The notes: a model not told the origin generated them from the sequence alone. DNA of 64,000 nt from an uncultured Pseudobdellovibrionaceae bacterium (GCA_964400355.1 CAYNTO010000011.1:8992-72991), one strand, 5' to 3'; numbered from the stretch's first letter, positions 1-8,453 are shown. A program made the numbers and translations.

Positions 1-195
1 GATCATGTGTTTGTTGAAGGTGTAATCCTTAAGGTCTTCTTTCCCGGAGATGAGTTTAAAATTGGATTCCGGTGCAAAATCAAGAAGGCTTCCCCGCATG
101 AGGCAAATGGAGCAATTGCAGGAAATCGCATTTTCAAGATTCATATCCACTTCAAATTTTACTTTGCCGCAGTGGCAGCCGCCAGTTTGCTTCAT
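1..195 (-). CDS. GFA family (glutathione-dependent formaldehyde-activating / CENP-V-like) zinc protein, N-terminal 65 codons; gene runs off the window start
   Basis: Open-ended, so absent from the ORF track. The reverse strand from CAT at 193-195 reads MKQTGGCHCGKVKFEVDMNLENAISCNCSICLMRGSLLDF... It is preceded by an AAGGAG RBS (rev-comp of 201-206). 'GGCHCG' and 'CNCSIC' are GFA-type Cys motifs. Confidence 0.7.
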   Translation of the reverse strand, partial: MKQTGGCHCGKVKFEVDMNLENAISCNCSICLMRGSLLDFAPESNFKLISGKEDLKDYTFNKHMI

Positions 196-205
196 GGGGT
201 CTCCT

Positions 206-640
206 TTATTTTCTGAGGTCAATGTTGTGCAAGAGGTAAGCTCTCATGCAGGAGAGCATGTGTTGCCACCCTGAGCAGTTTTTGTAACTGGCTTTGAGGC
301 CATCATCGCTTTTGGGCCATCCGGACTCGGTGATAGAGATCATAGTGCGGCCATCTTCGAGAGTGGAGAAGGACATTTCGGCCGTCGACAGGCCACCCGT
401 TTCGGCGGGCCATTCAATGACAATTTTTGAATTGGGAACAATTTGGCGCACGCGCACCTTCGGCTCATGATTGCCCCACGTCCATGTGACGGTTTGGCCC
501 TCGACAAGGGGAGCGTCGGCTTTTTCACAAAAGTAGCCAGTGATCTTTTTGGGGTTGATCACCGCATCGAAAACCTCTGCGATGGGCTTATTGATACGAG
601 TAGTGATGGTGAACTTGGGATCCATAAATATCCTTTCCAA
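206..640 (-). CDS. SRPBCC / AHSA1-like (START-fold) small protein
   Basis: 144-aa ORF. Its size and pattern (KFTITTRINKPIAEVFDAVINP...GW...) are typical of Aha1/SRPBCC proteins, which commonly pair with ArsR regulators. It is divergent from the ArsR gene. The start may be M6 (625). Confidence 0.6.
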   Translation of the reverse strand: MERIFMDPKFTITTRINKPIAEVFDAVINPKKITGYFCEKADAPLVEGQTVTWTWGNHEPKVRVRQIVPNSKIVIEWPAETGGLSTAEMSFSTLEDGRTMISITESGWPKSDDGLKASYKNCSGWQHMLSCMRAYLLHNIDLRK

Positions 641-683
641 GGTTTCGCTTGCGCACTGTTTTAATATGTTATATATTCATAAC

Positions 684-1007
684 ATGAAAAAAGCCAGGGA
701 AAATTTAATTTGGGACGCTTTAGCCAACGACAATCGTCGCCAAATCCTTGATTTGCTCAAAGAGAAGCCCCGTACAACGGGGGAAATCGCGCTCAAGCTC
801 AAGGGCCTGGATCGCTGCACAGTCATGCTCCATTTAGGGATTTTAACCGAGGCGGGTCTGGTTATCGCTAGACGTGAGGGCAAGTTCCGCTGGAATCACC
901 TCAATGTAGAGCCCATTCAGCGCATCTATGAGCGCTGGTTGAGTTCCTATGCGCAGCCGGCGGCGGCATTGCTCACACGGCTCAAGGATGATTTAGAAGT
1001 GGGATGA
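684..1007 (+). CDS. ArsR/SmtB-family winged-HTH transcriptional regulator
   Basis: Internal ATG at 684 of ORF 540-1007. 'LANDNRRQILDLLKEKPRTTGEIALKLKGLDRCTVMLHLGILTEAGLV' is a canonical ArsR HTH. The upstream part of the ORF overlaps the divergent gene. Confidence 0.8.
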   Translation: MKKARENLIWDALANDNRRQILDLLKEKPRTTGEIALKLKGLDRCTVMLHLGILTEAGLVIARREGKFRWNHLNVEPIQRIYERWLSSYAQPAAALLTRLKDDLEVG

Positions 1008-1016
1008 GTGTGATTA

Positions 1017-2456
1017 TTAATTAGAATCTTTTTTGTCGAGCTTTTTATGAATCTGCGCCAGTGTCTCACTTGTGGTGCGCACTTTGAGTGTGGTGCCGAG
1101 TTCGTTGTAGGATTCGGTGAGAACGCGTGTTTTGGCGCGGATGTCGCCGATAATGCCTTTGGCGGTATAGGGAATAAAGATCTCTTCGTCGGTCATGTCG
1201 CTTTCGAAGTAACTTAAGATCTTTTCGCGAAGCATTTTGATGTCGTCTTTGTTTCTGGTTTCTAAAAATATCGCATCCGGAAATTCTGTTTTTAGATCCT
1301 CTATCTGAAACGAGTTCAGCTGGTCGCGCTTATTGAGAATAAGAAGCTGTGGGACGTCCGTGGCGCCCACCTCGTGGAGCACCGTGCGCGTGACTTCGAG
1401 CTGTGATCGAAACGAGGGGTCTGAGCCATCGACCACGAACAATAAGAGCGAGGCGTGTAAGGCTTCGTCGAGTGTGGATTTGAAGGACGCCACCAAATCG
1501 TGGGGAAGTTTTTTAATAAAACCTACGGTGTCGGAAATCAAAATCTTTGGACGGCTTTCCGGATAAAGGGCGCGAACAGTGGTGTCGAGAGTTGCAAACA
1601 GTTTATCGGCGACAAGGACTTCGCTACCGGTGAGTGCGCGCATCAGGGAGGATTTGCCCGCGTTGGTGTAGCCGACGAGAGCTACGGTGAGTTCTTTCTG
1701 GCGGCGGGCGCGGCGTATTTCGTGTTCATTGCCGATGGATTCCAGTTCGGTTTTGAGCTCTTTAATGCGATCGCGCACTTTGCGGCGATCGAGTTCCAGC
1801 TTGGTTTCGCTGGCGCCACGGCCACCACCGCCGGAGGCATCGTCGTTGCCGCCGGTTTCTCGGAGCCTTGGAGCCACATAATTGAGCCGTGCGATTTCTA
1901 CTTGGATGCGCGCGGCGCGGGTTTTAGCGTGCCGGCTAAAAATCTCGATGATCACGCCGGTGCGATCAAAAACAGTGACACCTGTCGCATTTTCTAAATT
2001 GCGAATCTGTGACGGGGAGAGATCCGTGTCGACAATAACAATCTGTGCACTGCCAATGTGTTCTTTAGAGACGAGAGAATCGGTTTCAGAGTCTGTGCCC
2101 TCATCTGCGGTATCATCAAAATCCTCGTCGAAGTCATCGTCATCTTCTTTTTCAGACTCGGCCTCTTGCCATTTGACTTGCGCTTTGTGGAGCTTGCGAT
2201 CAACAAGAGAACCCAGTTCCCCAGAGCCACCTGTCCACTGCGCCAACTCTTTAAGTTTGCCGGGACCAAGCACCGTCATCGCGCGATCGGAATCGCGCTT
2301 TTGAGTGACCTGCCCAACCACGTTGTAGCCCAATGTTTTCACAAGGCGAGTGAGCTCCTTGAGAGAATTTTCCACATCGTCGGCCGAAGTTTTCGGGAGT
2401 TGAATGGCAACTAAAACTGCATTTTTTACTGGGGGCTGGGACATCGAGATTACCAT
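1017..2456 (-). CDS. hflX: GTPase HflX
   Basis: 479-aa ORF with the HflX N-terminal domain, G1 'GYTNAGKSSL', G3 'DTVGF' and G4 'NKRD'. It contains an acidic insertion (EKEDDDDFDEDFDD...). The start may be M5 (2444). Confidence 0.9.
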   Translation of the reverse strand: MVISMSQPPVKNAVLVAIQLPKTSADDVENSLKELTRLVKTLGYNVVGQVTQKRDSDRAMTVLGPGKLKELAQWTGGSGELGSLVDRKLHKAQVKWQEAESEKEDDDDFDEDFDDTADEGTDSETDSLVSKEHIGSAQIVIVDTDLSPSQIRNLENATGVTVFDRTGVIIEIFSRHAKTRAARIQVEIARLNYVAPRLRETGGNDDASGGGGRGASETKLELDRRKVRDRIKELKTELESIGNEHEIRRARRQKELTVALVGYTNAGKSSLMRALTGSEVLVADKLFATLDTTVRALYPESRPKILISDTVGFIKKLPHDLVASFKSTLDEALHASLLLFVVDGSDPSFRSQLEVTRTVLHEVGATDVPQLLILNKRDQLNSFQIEDLKTEFPDAIFLETRNKDDIKMLREKILSYFESDMTDEEIFIPYTAKGIIGDIRAKTRVLTESYNELGTTLKVRTTSETLAQIHKKLDKKDSN

Positions 2457-2560
2457 CGTTTCTGTATTAGTCGATCACAGTAGCACGGATTTTCCCCCTA
2501 GAGTATCCCTAATGTATTCGTTGTATTGAGTTCCCGCGCAGATTCGTTTAATGTGGTTTC

Positions 2561-3055
2561 ATGACCGTGGATAAAAGTTCCTTTGCTGTCTTCCGAGTTG
2601 TCGCGGCGTGTATCGCGCGCGACGGTAAAGTGCATTGGCGCGAGAAGCAGTGGTTTGAGTGGTTGCTTCGCAAATATGGAGTTACGCCTGAGCAGCGATT
2701 GCAGCTCAAAGCCGATCTCAAAAACCCACCGCGCCTGGAATACATTTATACGGATATCAAAGGCATCGATGATCGATTGCGCGTGCGCGAGTTGCTCAAA
2801 AAAGCCATCAACAGAGACGGCCAGATCACATTGGGCGAACAGAATTTTTACAATGAGGTCATCGCTCTCGACAAACGCTTGCAGACTGAAACATCCGGCG
2901 ATGTTCAATTGCGCGTCCAACTTTCTGATGAAATTGCCGACGTGAATGCGCATACGGAATTTTGGAAAGACATAAAAGCCTTCAGTGAACACTGGGGACG
3001 ACGGTTATCACCGCGAGAGCTGGCGATTTGGATGTATTCTTATTGGCCTTTTTAA
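2561..3055 (+). CDS. TerB-like (tellurite-resistance TerB / DjlA-N fold) domain protein
   Basis: 164 aa with two 'A..DG.....E' half-motifs ('ACIARDGKVHWREKQWF', 'AINRDGQITLGEQNFY') spaced as in TerB-family domains. Confidence 0.5.
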   Translation: MTVDKSSFAVFRVVAACIARDGKVHWREKQWFEWLLRKYGVTPEQRLQLKADLKNPPRLEYIYTDIKGIDDRLRVRELLKKAINRDGQITLGEQNFYNEVIALDKRLQTETSGDVQLRVQLSDEIADVNAHTEFWKDIKAFSEHWGRRLSPRELAIWMYSYWPF

Positions 3056-3095
3056 TCGCGCCGGATTGCGCCATTTTTTGCTTAATATGTAGTTT

Positions 3096-3836
3096 TCAAT
3101 TCGTAAACGAAGCTCTGATAGCATCAGCAAGATATTCTTTACCTACTTCGTCGATAAGTGCGCAAAATTCTTTGTGTGTCCATTCGGTTTTCTCACTTCT
3201 ATATCTGCCATTCTTGAAGCGAAACTTTCTGGGCTGTGTTTCATTTTCATGTTTGCTAAATAAAGCGACATAGTCATAGTGCGGATCAAAACGGCCAGTA
3301 AAAGCCTCTTTGTAATTTACATGTATGTAATTTAAAAATGAATGGATTGACCGCATCGGATCTTCAAACCCTGCGGTACTACTACCTGGATGATAAAAGA
3401 GTGGCATAATGTCGTGGTTTCCATAATAGAGTCCTTGTTGGCGTCTGAGTATGAATCGCCAATAAGACTTAAGAAAGATTCTTTCAAAATCCTTTCCATT
3501 CGTGCTAAGAGAAAAATCTTTGTTGTACCGTAGAATTCTCCCGCGCCAATTGTAAGTTAGGCTTACGTCGGACGGAGTAAAGGAATGATTCGACTCGTAT
3601 TCATCGAGGTTTTCATACTGATGAATATCTATCGCTAACTTATTTCTTTCGCACAGGGCTTTTATGTCCATTGGATCCCGTATACCTGTAAAAACAATAA
3701 GGCGGGTGTGTTGTACAGGGTCAGCTTCACCATTGCGCCATTGGTCGCCTGGAATTCGTCCTTCGCAGATGCCATCGGTGAGATTGTTCTGTTGAAGAAA
3801 TTTTCTCGTTATGGAAAGTAGATTCTTACGTGTCAC
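3096..3836 (-). CDS. hypothetical protein (246 aa), downstream partner of the AbiGi-like gene; no family recognised
   Basis: Long ORF in a low-GC islet. Its GTG start at 3836 overlaps the upstream stop (GTGA). I recognise no convincing catalytic motif set. Confidence 0.6.
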   Translation of the reverse strand: MTRKNLLSITRKFLQQNNLTDGICEGRIPGDQWRNGEADPVQHTRLIVFTGIRDPMDIKALCERNKLAIDIHQYENLDEYESNHSFTPSDVSLTYNWRGRILRYNKDFSLSTNGKDFERIFLKSYWRFILRRQQGLYYGNHDIMPLFYHPGSSTAGFEDPMRSIHSFLNYIHVNYKEAFTGRFDPHYDYVALFSKHENETQPRKFRFKNGRYRSEKTEWTHKEFCALIDEVGKEYLADAIRASFTN

Positions 3837-4588
3837 TTGTTGGCTCCGAACAGCTCTGTTGTGTAAACCACGCCCACACCACTAGTTAGTAATGCGCAAA
3901 GCCTTGGATGTTTTTTATGATCGACCATTCCGCGTTTTGGTAGCACTACAAATGCCACATCATCGACTGTGAACTCAAACTTTTCGAGAGTTCTCCATTC
4001 ACGCTCTTCATAAATATCCTCAAAGTGTTCAGAGTTCTGACCTCGATTCATTTCATCAGTACGATCTAAAAAAGTCGGGATCTTGACATATTTATTCAGA
4101 AGAATTTCTTTACTTCTTTTCTTAAACTTCCAGTCGATTTTGTCAAATGTTGACAAGTCATCAATTCCTTTAATGGGCTGATATTTCACGGGTCTAAGAT
4201 CAGGCACTTTATCGACCAAGGTTTTTCTATGAAACCCAAGTCCTACATCCCCATACTTATTTAGATGCGATGCCAAGTGGTTCACTGTTATATCGCAGAA
4301 GCAAACAGCTCGTGGCTCTTTAACATTAAAAATTTTAAATTTGCTGCTATCAGGGGGGCCTAGAGGGTCGGGTGGGAAAATTAACTGACGGTCGTAATGC
4401 GGATTTTTGGGGATATAGGGTTCAAGATATCCGCCTCGCATATTCGGGTATAAATAAGATTCAAGTCTATCAATAATAGGGGAGCGGGATGGATCTCCAG
4501 ATGGATGCGGACCTTTAAAGTGCCACAGGATATTCGAAATGTGTCCAATATTTTTGTAATCTAATTTTGCCGTAATGTGAGTCACCAC
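3833..4588 (-). CDS. AbiGi / DUF2971-like protein (putative abortive-infection component)
   Basis: 251 aa, GTG start, weak RBS. The motif order 'ILWHFKG' ... 'AVCFCDITVNHLASHLNKYGDVGLGFHRK..LRPVKY' ... 'YEEREWR' resembles the AbiGi (PF10899)/DUF2971 families. Low GC. Confidence 0.55.
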   Translation of the reverse strand: MVTHITAKLDYKNIGHISNILWHFKGPHPSGDPSRSPIIDRLESYLYPNMRGGYLEPYIPKNPHYDRQLIFPPDPLGPPDSSKFKIFNVKEPRAVCFCDITVNHLASHLNKYGDVGLGFHRKTLVDKVPDLRPVKYQPIKGIDDLSTFDKIDWKFKKRSKEILLNKYVKIPTFLDRTDEMNRGQNSEHFEDIYEEREWRTLEKFEFTVDDVAFVVLPKRGMVDHKKHPRLCALLTSGVGVVYTTELFGANK

Positions 4589-4793
4589 TGCTATTATATT
4601 TAGTGTCTAAGCCGTATCTAATTTTTGCAGATGACCGTTTGGATGTAAAGGCAAATTATTTAGCTTAGTCAGTGCTACTTAAATCCGGTTAATTGGATAA
4701 CCAGGTAACGAAAGACTTCACTTCCGTAGCGGAAGTGAATAGCTGGCATCGATTACCGAACAGTATATCGGATCTACTGCCGCAAAAAGGGCA

Positions 4794-4830
4794 ATAAAAA
4801 AGGCATGCTTTTCAGCATGCCTTTTATTTT
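4794..4830 (-). terminator. Rho-independent terminator downstream of csp (bidirectional shape)
   Basis: Stem aggcatgc (4801-4808) / gcatgcct (4815-4822), 6-nt loop, flanked by an A-run and a T-run. It lies 36 nt past the csp stop. Confidence 0.8.
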
Positions 4831-4865
4831 ACGATCTGCCGGTTAGGGCAAAGCGTATAAAGTAA

Positions 4866-5063
4866 TTAACGTACAACTTTAACGTTGCTGGCTTGTGGGC
4901 CTTTTTTTCCAGAAACTACTTCGAATTCAACTTTGTCGCCGTCTTTAAGTTGGGCGCCGCCTGTGTCGTTTGCGTGAACAAACACATCTTTATCACCGTT
5001 ATCTGGTGTAATGAATCCGAAACCCTTGCCTGCATTAAAAAACTTAACTGTACCTTTTTGCAT
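4866..5063 (-). CDS. cold-shock protein (CspA family, CSD)
   Basis: 65 aa. '[17 protein letters not shown]' (RNP1) and 'DVFVH' (RNP2) are present. Confidence 0.95.
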   Translation of the reverse strand: MQKGTVKFFNAGKGFGFITPDNGDKDVFVHANDTGGAQLKDGDKVEFEVVSGKKGPQASNVKVVR

Positions 5064-5261
5064 ATTACTTCCTACTTATTTTTAGTGAACGACACCGTGC
5101 CGTTCTTAAAATACACTATGAACTAAATTTTCAAGATGTCTACATTGGACTATGATCCAAAGCAAAAACTGCGATCATTGTCCATTTGGCATGCTAAATG
5201 AGCCCATTCAGCTCAAATATATTCGTTTTTGGTCCCTTTTTAAGTTCAATTTTTCGACGAT

Positions 5262-5552
5262 GTGGATTATGGTCTCCCCCCAATGGAAAATCCCGCGAAC
5301 CCCAAGAAACCCCGCACCAATAAATATCCTCCGGAGGGTGTGACTTTGGAGATGATGCTCAACGCCCTGGTGGAGCATTATGGATGGGACCGAATGAGTG
5401 CTCTTATTCGCATCAACTGCTTTGCCAATGAACCTTCGATCAAGTCCAGCCTCAAGTTCCTGCGCAAAACGCCATGGGCCAAAAATAAAGTGGTCGACCT
5501 CTACACCTGGCGCCACGAAACCGGCTGGGATCCACGCGACGACGACAAGTGA
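5262..5552 (+). CDS. VF530 / DUF2132 family protein
   Basis: 'GVTLEMMLNALVEHYGWDRMSALIRINCFANEPSIKSSLKFLRKTPWAKNKV' matches the DUF2132 consensus as I recall it. The start is GTG 5262 or ATG 5283. Confidence 0.6.
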   Translation: MDYGLPPMENPANPKKPRTNKYPPEGVTLEMMLNALVEHYGWDRMSALIRINCFANEPSIKSSLKFLRKTPWAKNKVVDLYTWRHETGWDPRDDDK

Positions 5553-5644
5553 TTCAAAGTGGCTGTCTCTTATTGAGAATCGGCGCAACTCATTGCAGTT
5601 TCCCAACGGACATTGGAGAATAGAGATATCTGTGGGGGATATCT

Positions 5645-6871
5645 TTGAGATTGCTCATTCTTAAGCGACTTTGCAGTGCGTGGACCTCTCGTAGCCAAAC
5701 ACAAAAAAAATATCACCTACTCTCTGTAGTATTGGTAAGTGTGCTAGTCCTGGTGTTTCAAAACTGCTCCGGTTACAAAACTGCCGATGTGGCGCGATTT
5801 GCAGGGCAAAACCTGGGAACGGACCTCGAAAGTGACGTGGCTCCGACAGAAGAAGATAAAAAAGACGACGCCACCGGAACCACCACGCCACCGGCTACAA
5901 CCACCACACCCGTGACCACTACACCCATGACCACGACGCCGACCACTCCCGTGGTAACTTGTAAACCCACGCGCCATTATCAGAAGTCCGTGAGCGGAAA
6001 TTTTAGGTTGTCTTGCCAGTCGCCCAGCAATTATCAGCCCCTGTTTCCGGCAGTTCAGCTCAATGACACGGGCGAAGTTGTGGCCAAAGTTTCCTTTACA
6101 CTGGTGCATGACAGTTCGGTTTCCTCCAACGCCCACACCGGCATGATCAGTCTTGCGGCGGGCGCTGTGGGTGGAACGTACTTTAATAACTATGGGTATG
6201 GAGCGGTTTGTCCTGCGCAGACTGGCTCTTACCAAACGTTCGCTTATGGAAAACTTTCTGCAGGGAGTTCGAGCATAGCGATCGGAGGCCGCGCTTACGG
6301 CAATGTGGAATGTGCAAACGGCGGCAATGCCAGTAACGTATATGTGACCAACGTTGTTATAGATGCATGGGTCGAGGATTCGGGCTGCACGGGCGACAAG
6401 AAAAAGATTTATGGTTGGAGCTATCAAAAAGAAAGTCTTCAGTTGGGTCACGACAGACCCGTCTATGCGCAAACTTCAGCGACAGCTGTGCTCAAGAAGT
6501 CCGTTGTGTTTAAAGAGGCCGCACCTGTGATCGCATTTGCGCAGAATTATGCCACGCGAACGCCAACTGCCAGCTCCGGTTTTGGTGCCGTAGTTTGTGG
6601 CGCTCAGACGGATACGGCCGCTTCGATTTTTAACGCCGCGGGCGCGCAAACGGTTCACACCGACGTGTTCAGTGCCTCGCAGGGACAAAGTCATGTGATG
6701 TTGTCCCATACGAACTACCTGGCGAGCGCTTCGGCGGGCACCCACGCTTTTGACCTCTATGCAGCGGTGAACCAGGCGGTGAGTGTAGGGCACACTGTTG
6801 TGGGCATTCTCAACTCTGGGGATTCCACCATCAGTGTGATCAAGGGCCCATTCGAAGGCAAATCATGGTGA
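5645..6871 (+). CDS. putative lipoprotein with Thr/Pro-rich linker; function unknown
   Basis: 408-aa ORF (TTG start, uncertain). It has a hydrophobic leader ending in 'LVFQNCSG' and the linker 'TTTPPATTTTPVTTTPMTTTPTTPVV' (approx 5870-5960). The C-terminal domain is Ala/Gly/Ser-rich. Confidence 0.55.
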   Translation: MRLLILKRLCSAWTSRSQTQKKYHLLSVVLVSVLVLVFQNCSGYKTADVARFAGQNLGTDLESDVAPTEEDKKDDATGTTTPPATTTTPVTTTPMTTTPTTPVVTCKPTRHYQKSVSGNFRLSCQSPSNYQPLFPAVQLNDTGEVVAKVSFTLVHDSSVSSNAHTGMISLAAGAVGGTYFNNYGYGAVCPAQTGSYQTFAYGKLSAGSSSIAIGGRAYGNVECANGGNASNVYVTNVVIDAWVEDSGCTGDKKKIYGWSYQKESLQLGHDRPVYAQTSATAVLKKSVVFKEAAPVIAFAQNYATRTPTASSGFGAVVCGAQTDTAASIFNAAGAQTVHTDVFSASQGQSHVMLSHTNYLASASAGTHAFDLYAAVNQAVSVGHTVVGILNSGDSTISVIKGPFEGKSW

Positions 6872-6928
6872 AGAACCCATGACAAGCACGGCCGTGAATC
6901 CTTTTACGAGCGCGGTCATACTTTCTAC

Positions 6929-7237
6929 ATGCGTATTCGACAAATGGGATTCTCTAGCAAACTCAAAGCTCATAAGAACATTCTTACCTTGGAAACATTG
7001 CGGTTTTTGATCGAGTTCCTTGCGGATGGAAATGCGCGCATGGCCGCACTTCGCGCCGGCATTCCTGAGGCCTATGCCGGTCGTTATGGAGCGTGGCTCA
7101 AAAAACATCCCATTGTTCAGGCTGCGCTGGAGAACGATGTGGATGCCAATGATCTCCGCAAATTGCAAAAATCCATGCGCGACATCGAAAGCCAAATGGA
7201 AACCTGTAAAAAAATCCTCGGCATCGAGCAGCTCTAA
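6929..7237 (+). CDS. small HTH protein resembling the N-terminal DNA-binding domain of phage terminase small subunits
   Basis: 102 aa. 'LTLETLRFLIEFLADGNARMAALRAGIPEAYAGRYGAWLKKHPIVQAAL' follows the Terminase_2-type pattern (LT..q..F..eYl..gNa..Aa..AG.....A...g..ll). Confidence 0.4.
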   Translation: MRIRQMGFSSKLKAHKNILTLETLRFLIEFLADGNARMAALRAGIPEAYAGRYGAWLKKHPIVQAALENDVDANDLRKLQKSMRDIESQMETCKKILGIEQL

Positions 7238-7277
7238 TAGGGTTGGACTTTCTTGCGACTTTCTTTAAACTGAAAGC

Positions 7278-8453
7278 ATGGGATTACCACGCGTTTTACT
7301 TATTTTAGTTGAGCCACCCTTGCCGTTTGGAAATCCGGCCAGCCGCTGGTCGCATGTGCTGGTTCAGCAATTGGAAAAGCACGGATATGACTTCGATGTC
7401 TTGGTGGCCTGCGGTGTGGAAGAGGATTTTATCAGGGCGCAAAAAGAATTTAAATCCGCTTCAAATATATTTTTGTTTCCTTTTGAAAAATCGAAAGGTA
7501 TCGGCTCAAAGATAAATTCTATTCTCTATCCCTATCGCTATCATGCAAGCCTTGCGCTTATGAACAAGCTCCGCGAACTGGATCCGAACTCCTACGATAT
7601 CATTCATGCCGAGAACACGTGGGCGGGATGGGCCACACGGGAGTGGGCTCACAAGTCTGTTCTTTTTGTTCACTTTGTGCTTGGAATAGATCTCAACAAC
7701 GTAAAGCCACAAGGGTGGCGCCAACGCCTGCTTTTTTGGCGGTGGTTTGCAACGGAGAAAAAAATAATTGCTGCTCATCCCAATATAGTTGCCTGCTCTC
7801 CGCGCATCGTAAACCACATCGAGCAGTGGGATGCAGATCACAAAAACCTCGTGGCCATTCCGTTTGGAATTGATCTTTCACTGTATCCCTTTATTCCAAA
7901 AGAAAAACGCCAAACCGCAAAAGCGATTGTAACAATCGTTGGCAATATGAACTGGTCGCCCTCCCTCACTGCAGCTCAGCGATTGATCACGCGGCTGTGG
8001 CCTGAGATTCATAAGCAAATGCCAGAATCGCGGCTGCGCATTGTGGGTTGGGGCGCGCGGGAACGGCTTAAAGAGTTTTTACATATGGATATTGAAGTGC
8101 TTGAGAACGTGCCAGAAACGCGGCCGTATTTTGAGGAGGCGTCGGTGTTGGTGTATGCCCCCGGGCGTGGCAGTGGAATGAAGATCAAAATCATGGAGGC
8201 GCTCGCTTATGGTGTGCCAGTGGTAACGACCGACGAGGGTGTCGAGGGCTTGGTTGTGGAGGATATGAAGCATGTCGCCATCGGCAAAACGGATCAGGAG
8301 CTAATCGCTAAAACTGTAAAAATTCTTAAAGACGCCAATCTCCAGGAGGCATTGAGGGTGAATGGTCGCAAGATGCTTGAGGAGCAGTGCAACCCGCAGG
8401 TCACGTTCGGTCAGGTGGAAGCCTTTTATCAAAAGGTGCTGGCAAATAAGTAA
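7278..8453 (+). CDS. glycosyltransferase family 4 (GT-B, RfaB-like)
   Basis: 391 aa. The C-terminal 'GSGMKIKIMEALAYGVPVVTTDEGVEGL' is the EX7E-type GT4 motif region. Confidence 0.75.
   Translation: MGLPRVLLILVEPPLPFGNPASRWSHVLVQQLEKHGYDFDVLVACGVEEDFIRAQKEFKSASNIFLFPFEKSKGIGSKINSILYPYRYHASLALMNKLRELDPNSYDIIHAENTWAGWATREWAHKSVLFVHFVLGIDLNNVKPQGWRQRLLFWRWFATEKKIIAAHPNIVACSPRIVNHIEQWDADHKNLVAIPFGIDLSLYPFIPKEKRQTAKAIVTIVGNMNWSPSLTAAQRLITRLWPEIHKQMPESRLRIVGWGARERLKEFLHMDIEVLENVPETRPYFEEASVLVYAPGRGSGMKIKIMEALAYGVPVVTTDEGVEGLVVEDMKHVAIGKTDQELIAKTVKILKDANLQEALRVNGRKMLEEQCNPQVTFGQVEAFYQKVLANK

Noticed and set aside
2498-2992. 164-aa minus-strand ORF overlapping the TerB-like gene
   Set aside because: It mirrors the plus-strand ORF almost exactly. 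The plus-strand frame has the duplicated TerB-type 'DG.....E' motifs and a divergent-promoter arrangement with hflX.
3096-3836. 'YYGNHDIM' in the 246-aa partner protein read as a calcineurin-like metallophosphoesterase GNHD motif (also 'IRDPMD' read as a sulfotransferase-like motif)
   Set aside because: The other phosphoesterase motifs (D.H, GD..DR, GH.H) and the sulfotransferase PAPS-binding loop are not identifiable. A single short motif is not evidence, so the protein is left as unknown.
5744-6472. 242-aa minus-strand ORF opposite the T/P-linker lipoprotein gene
   Set aside because: It is rich in Arg/Gly/His from reading the T/P repeat in antisense. The plus-strand frame has a leader peptide, a lipobox and a coherent domain structure.
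6872-7277. Prophage or mobile element around the terminase-like HTH gene
   Set aside because: No integrase, large terminase, portal, capsid or att-like repeats were found in the surrounding 10 kb, so only the orphan gene is reported.
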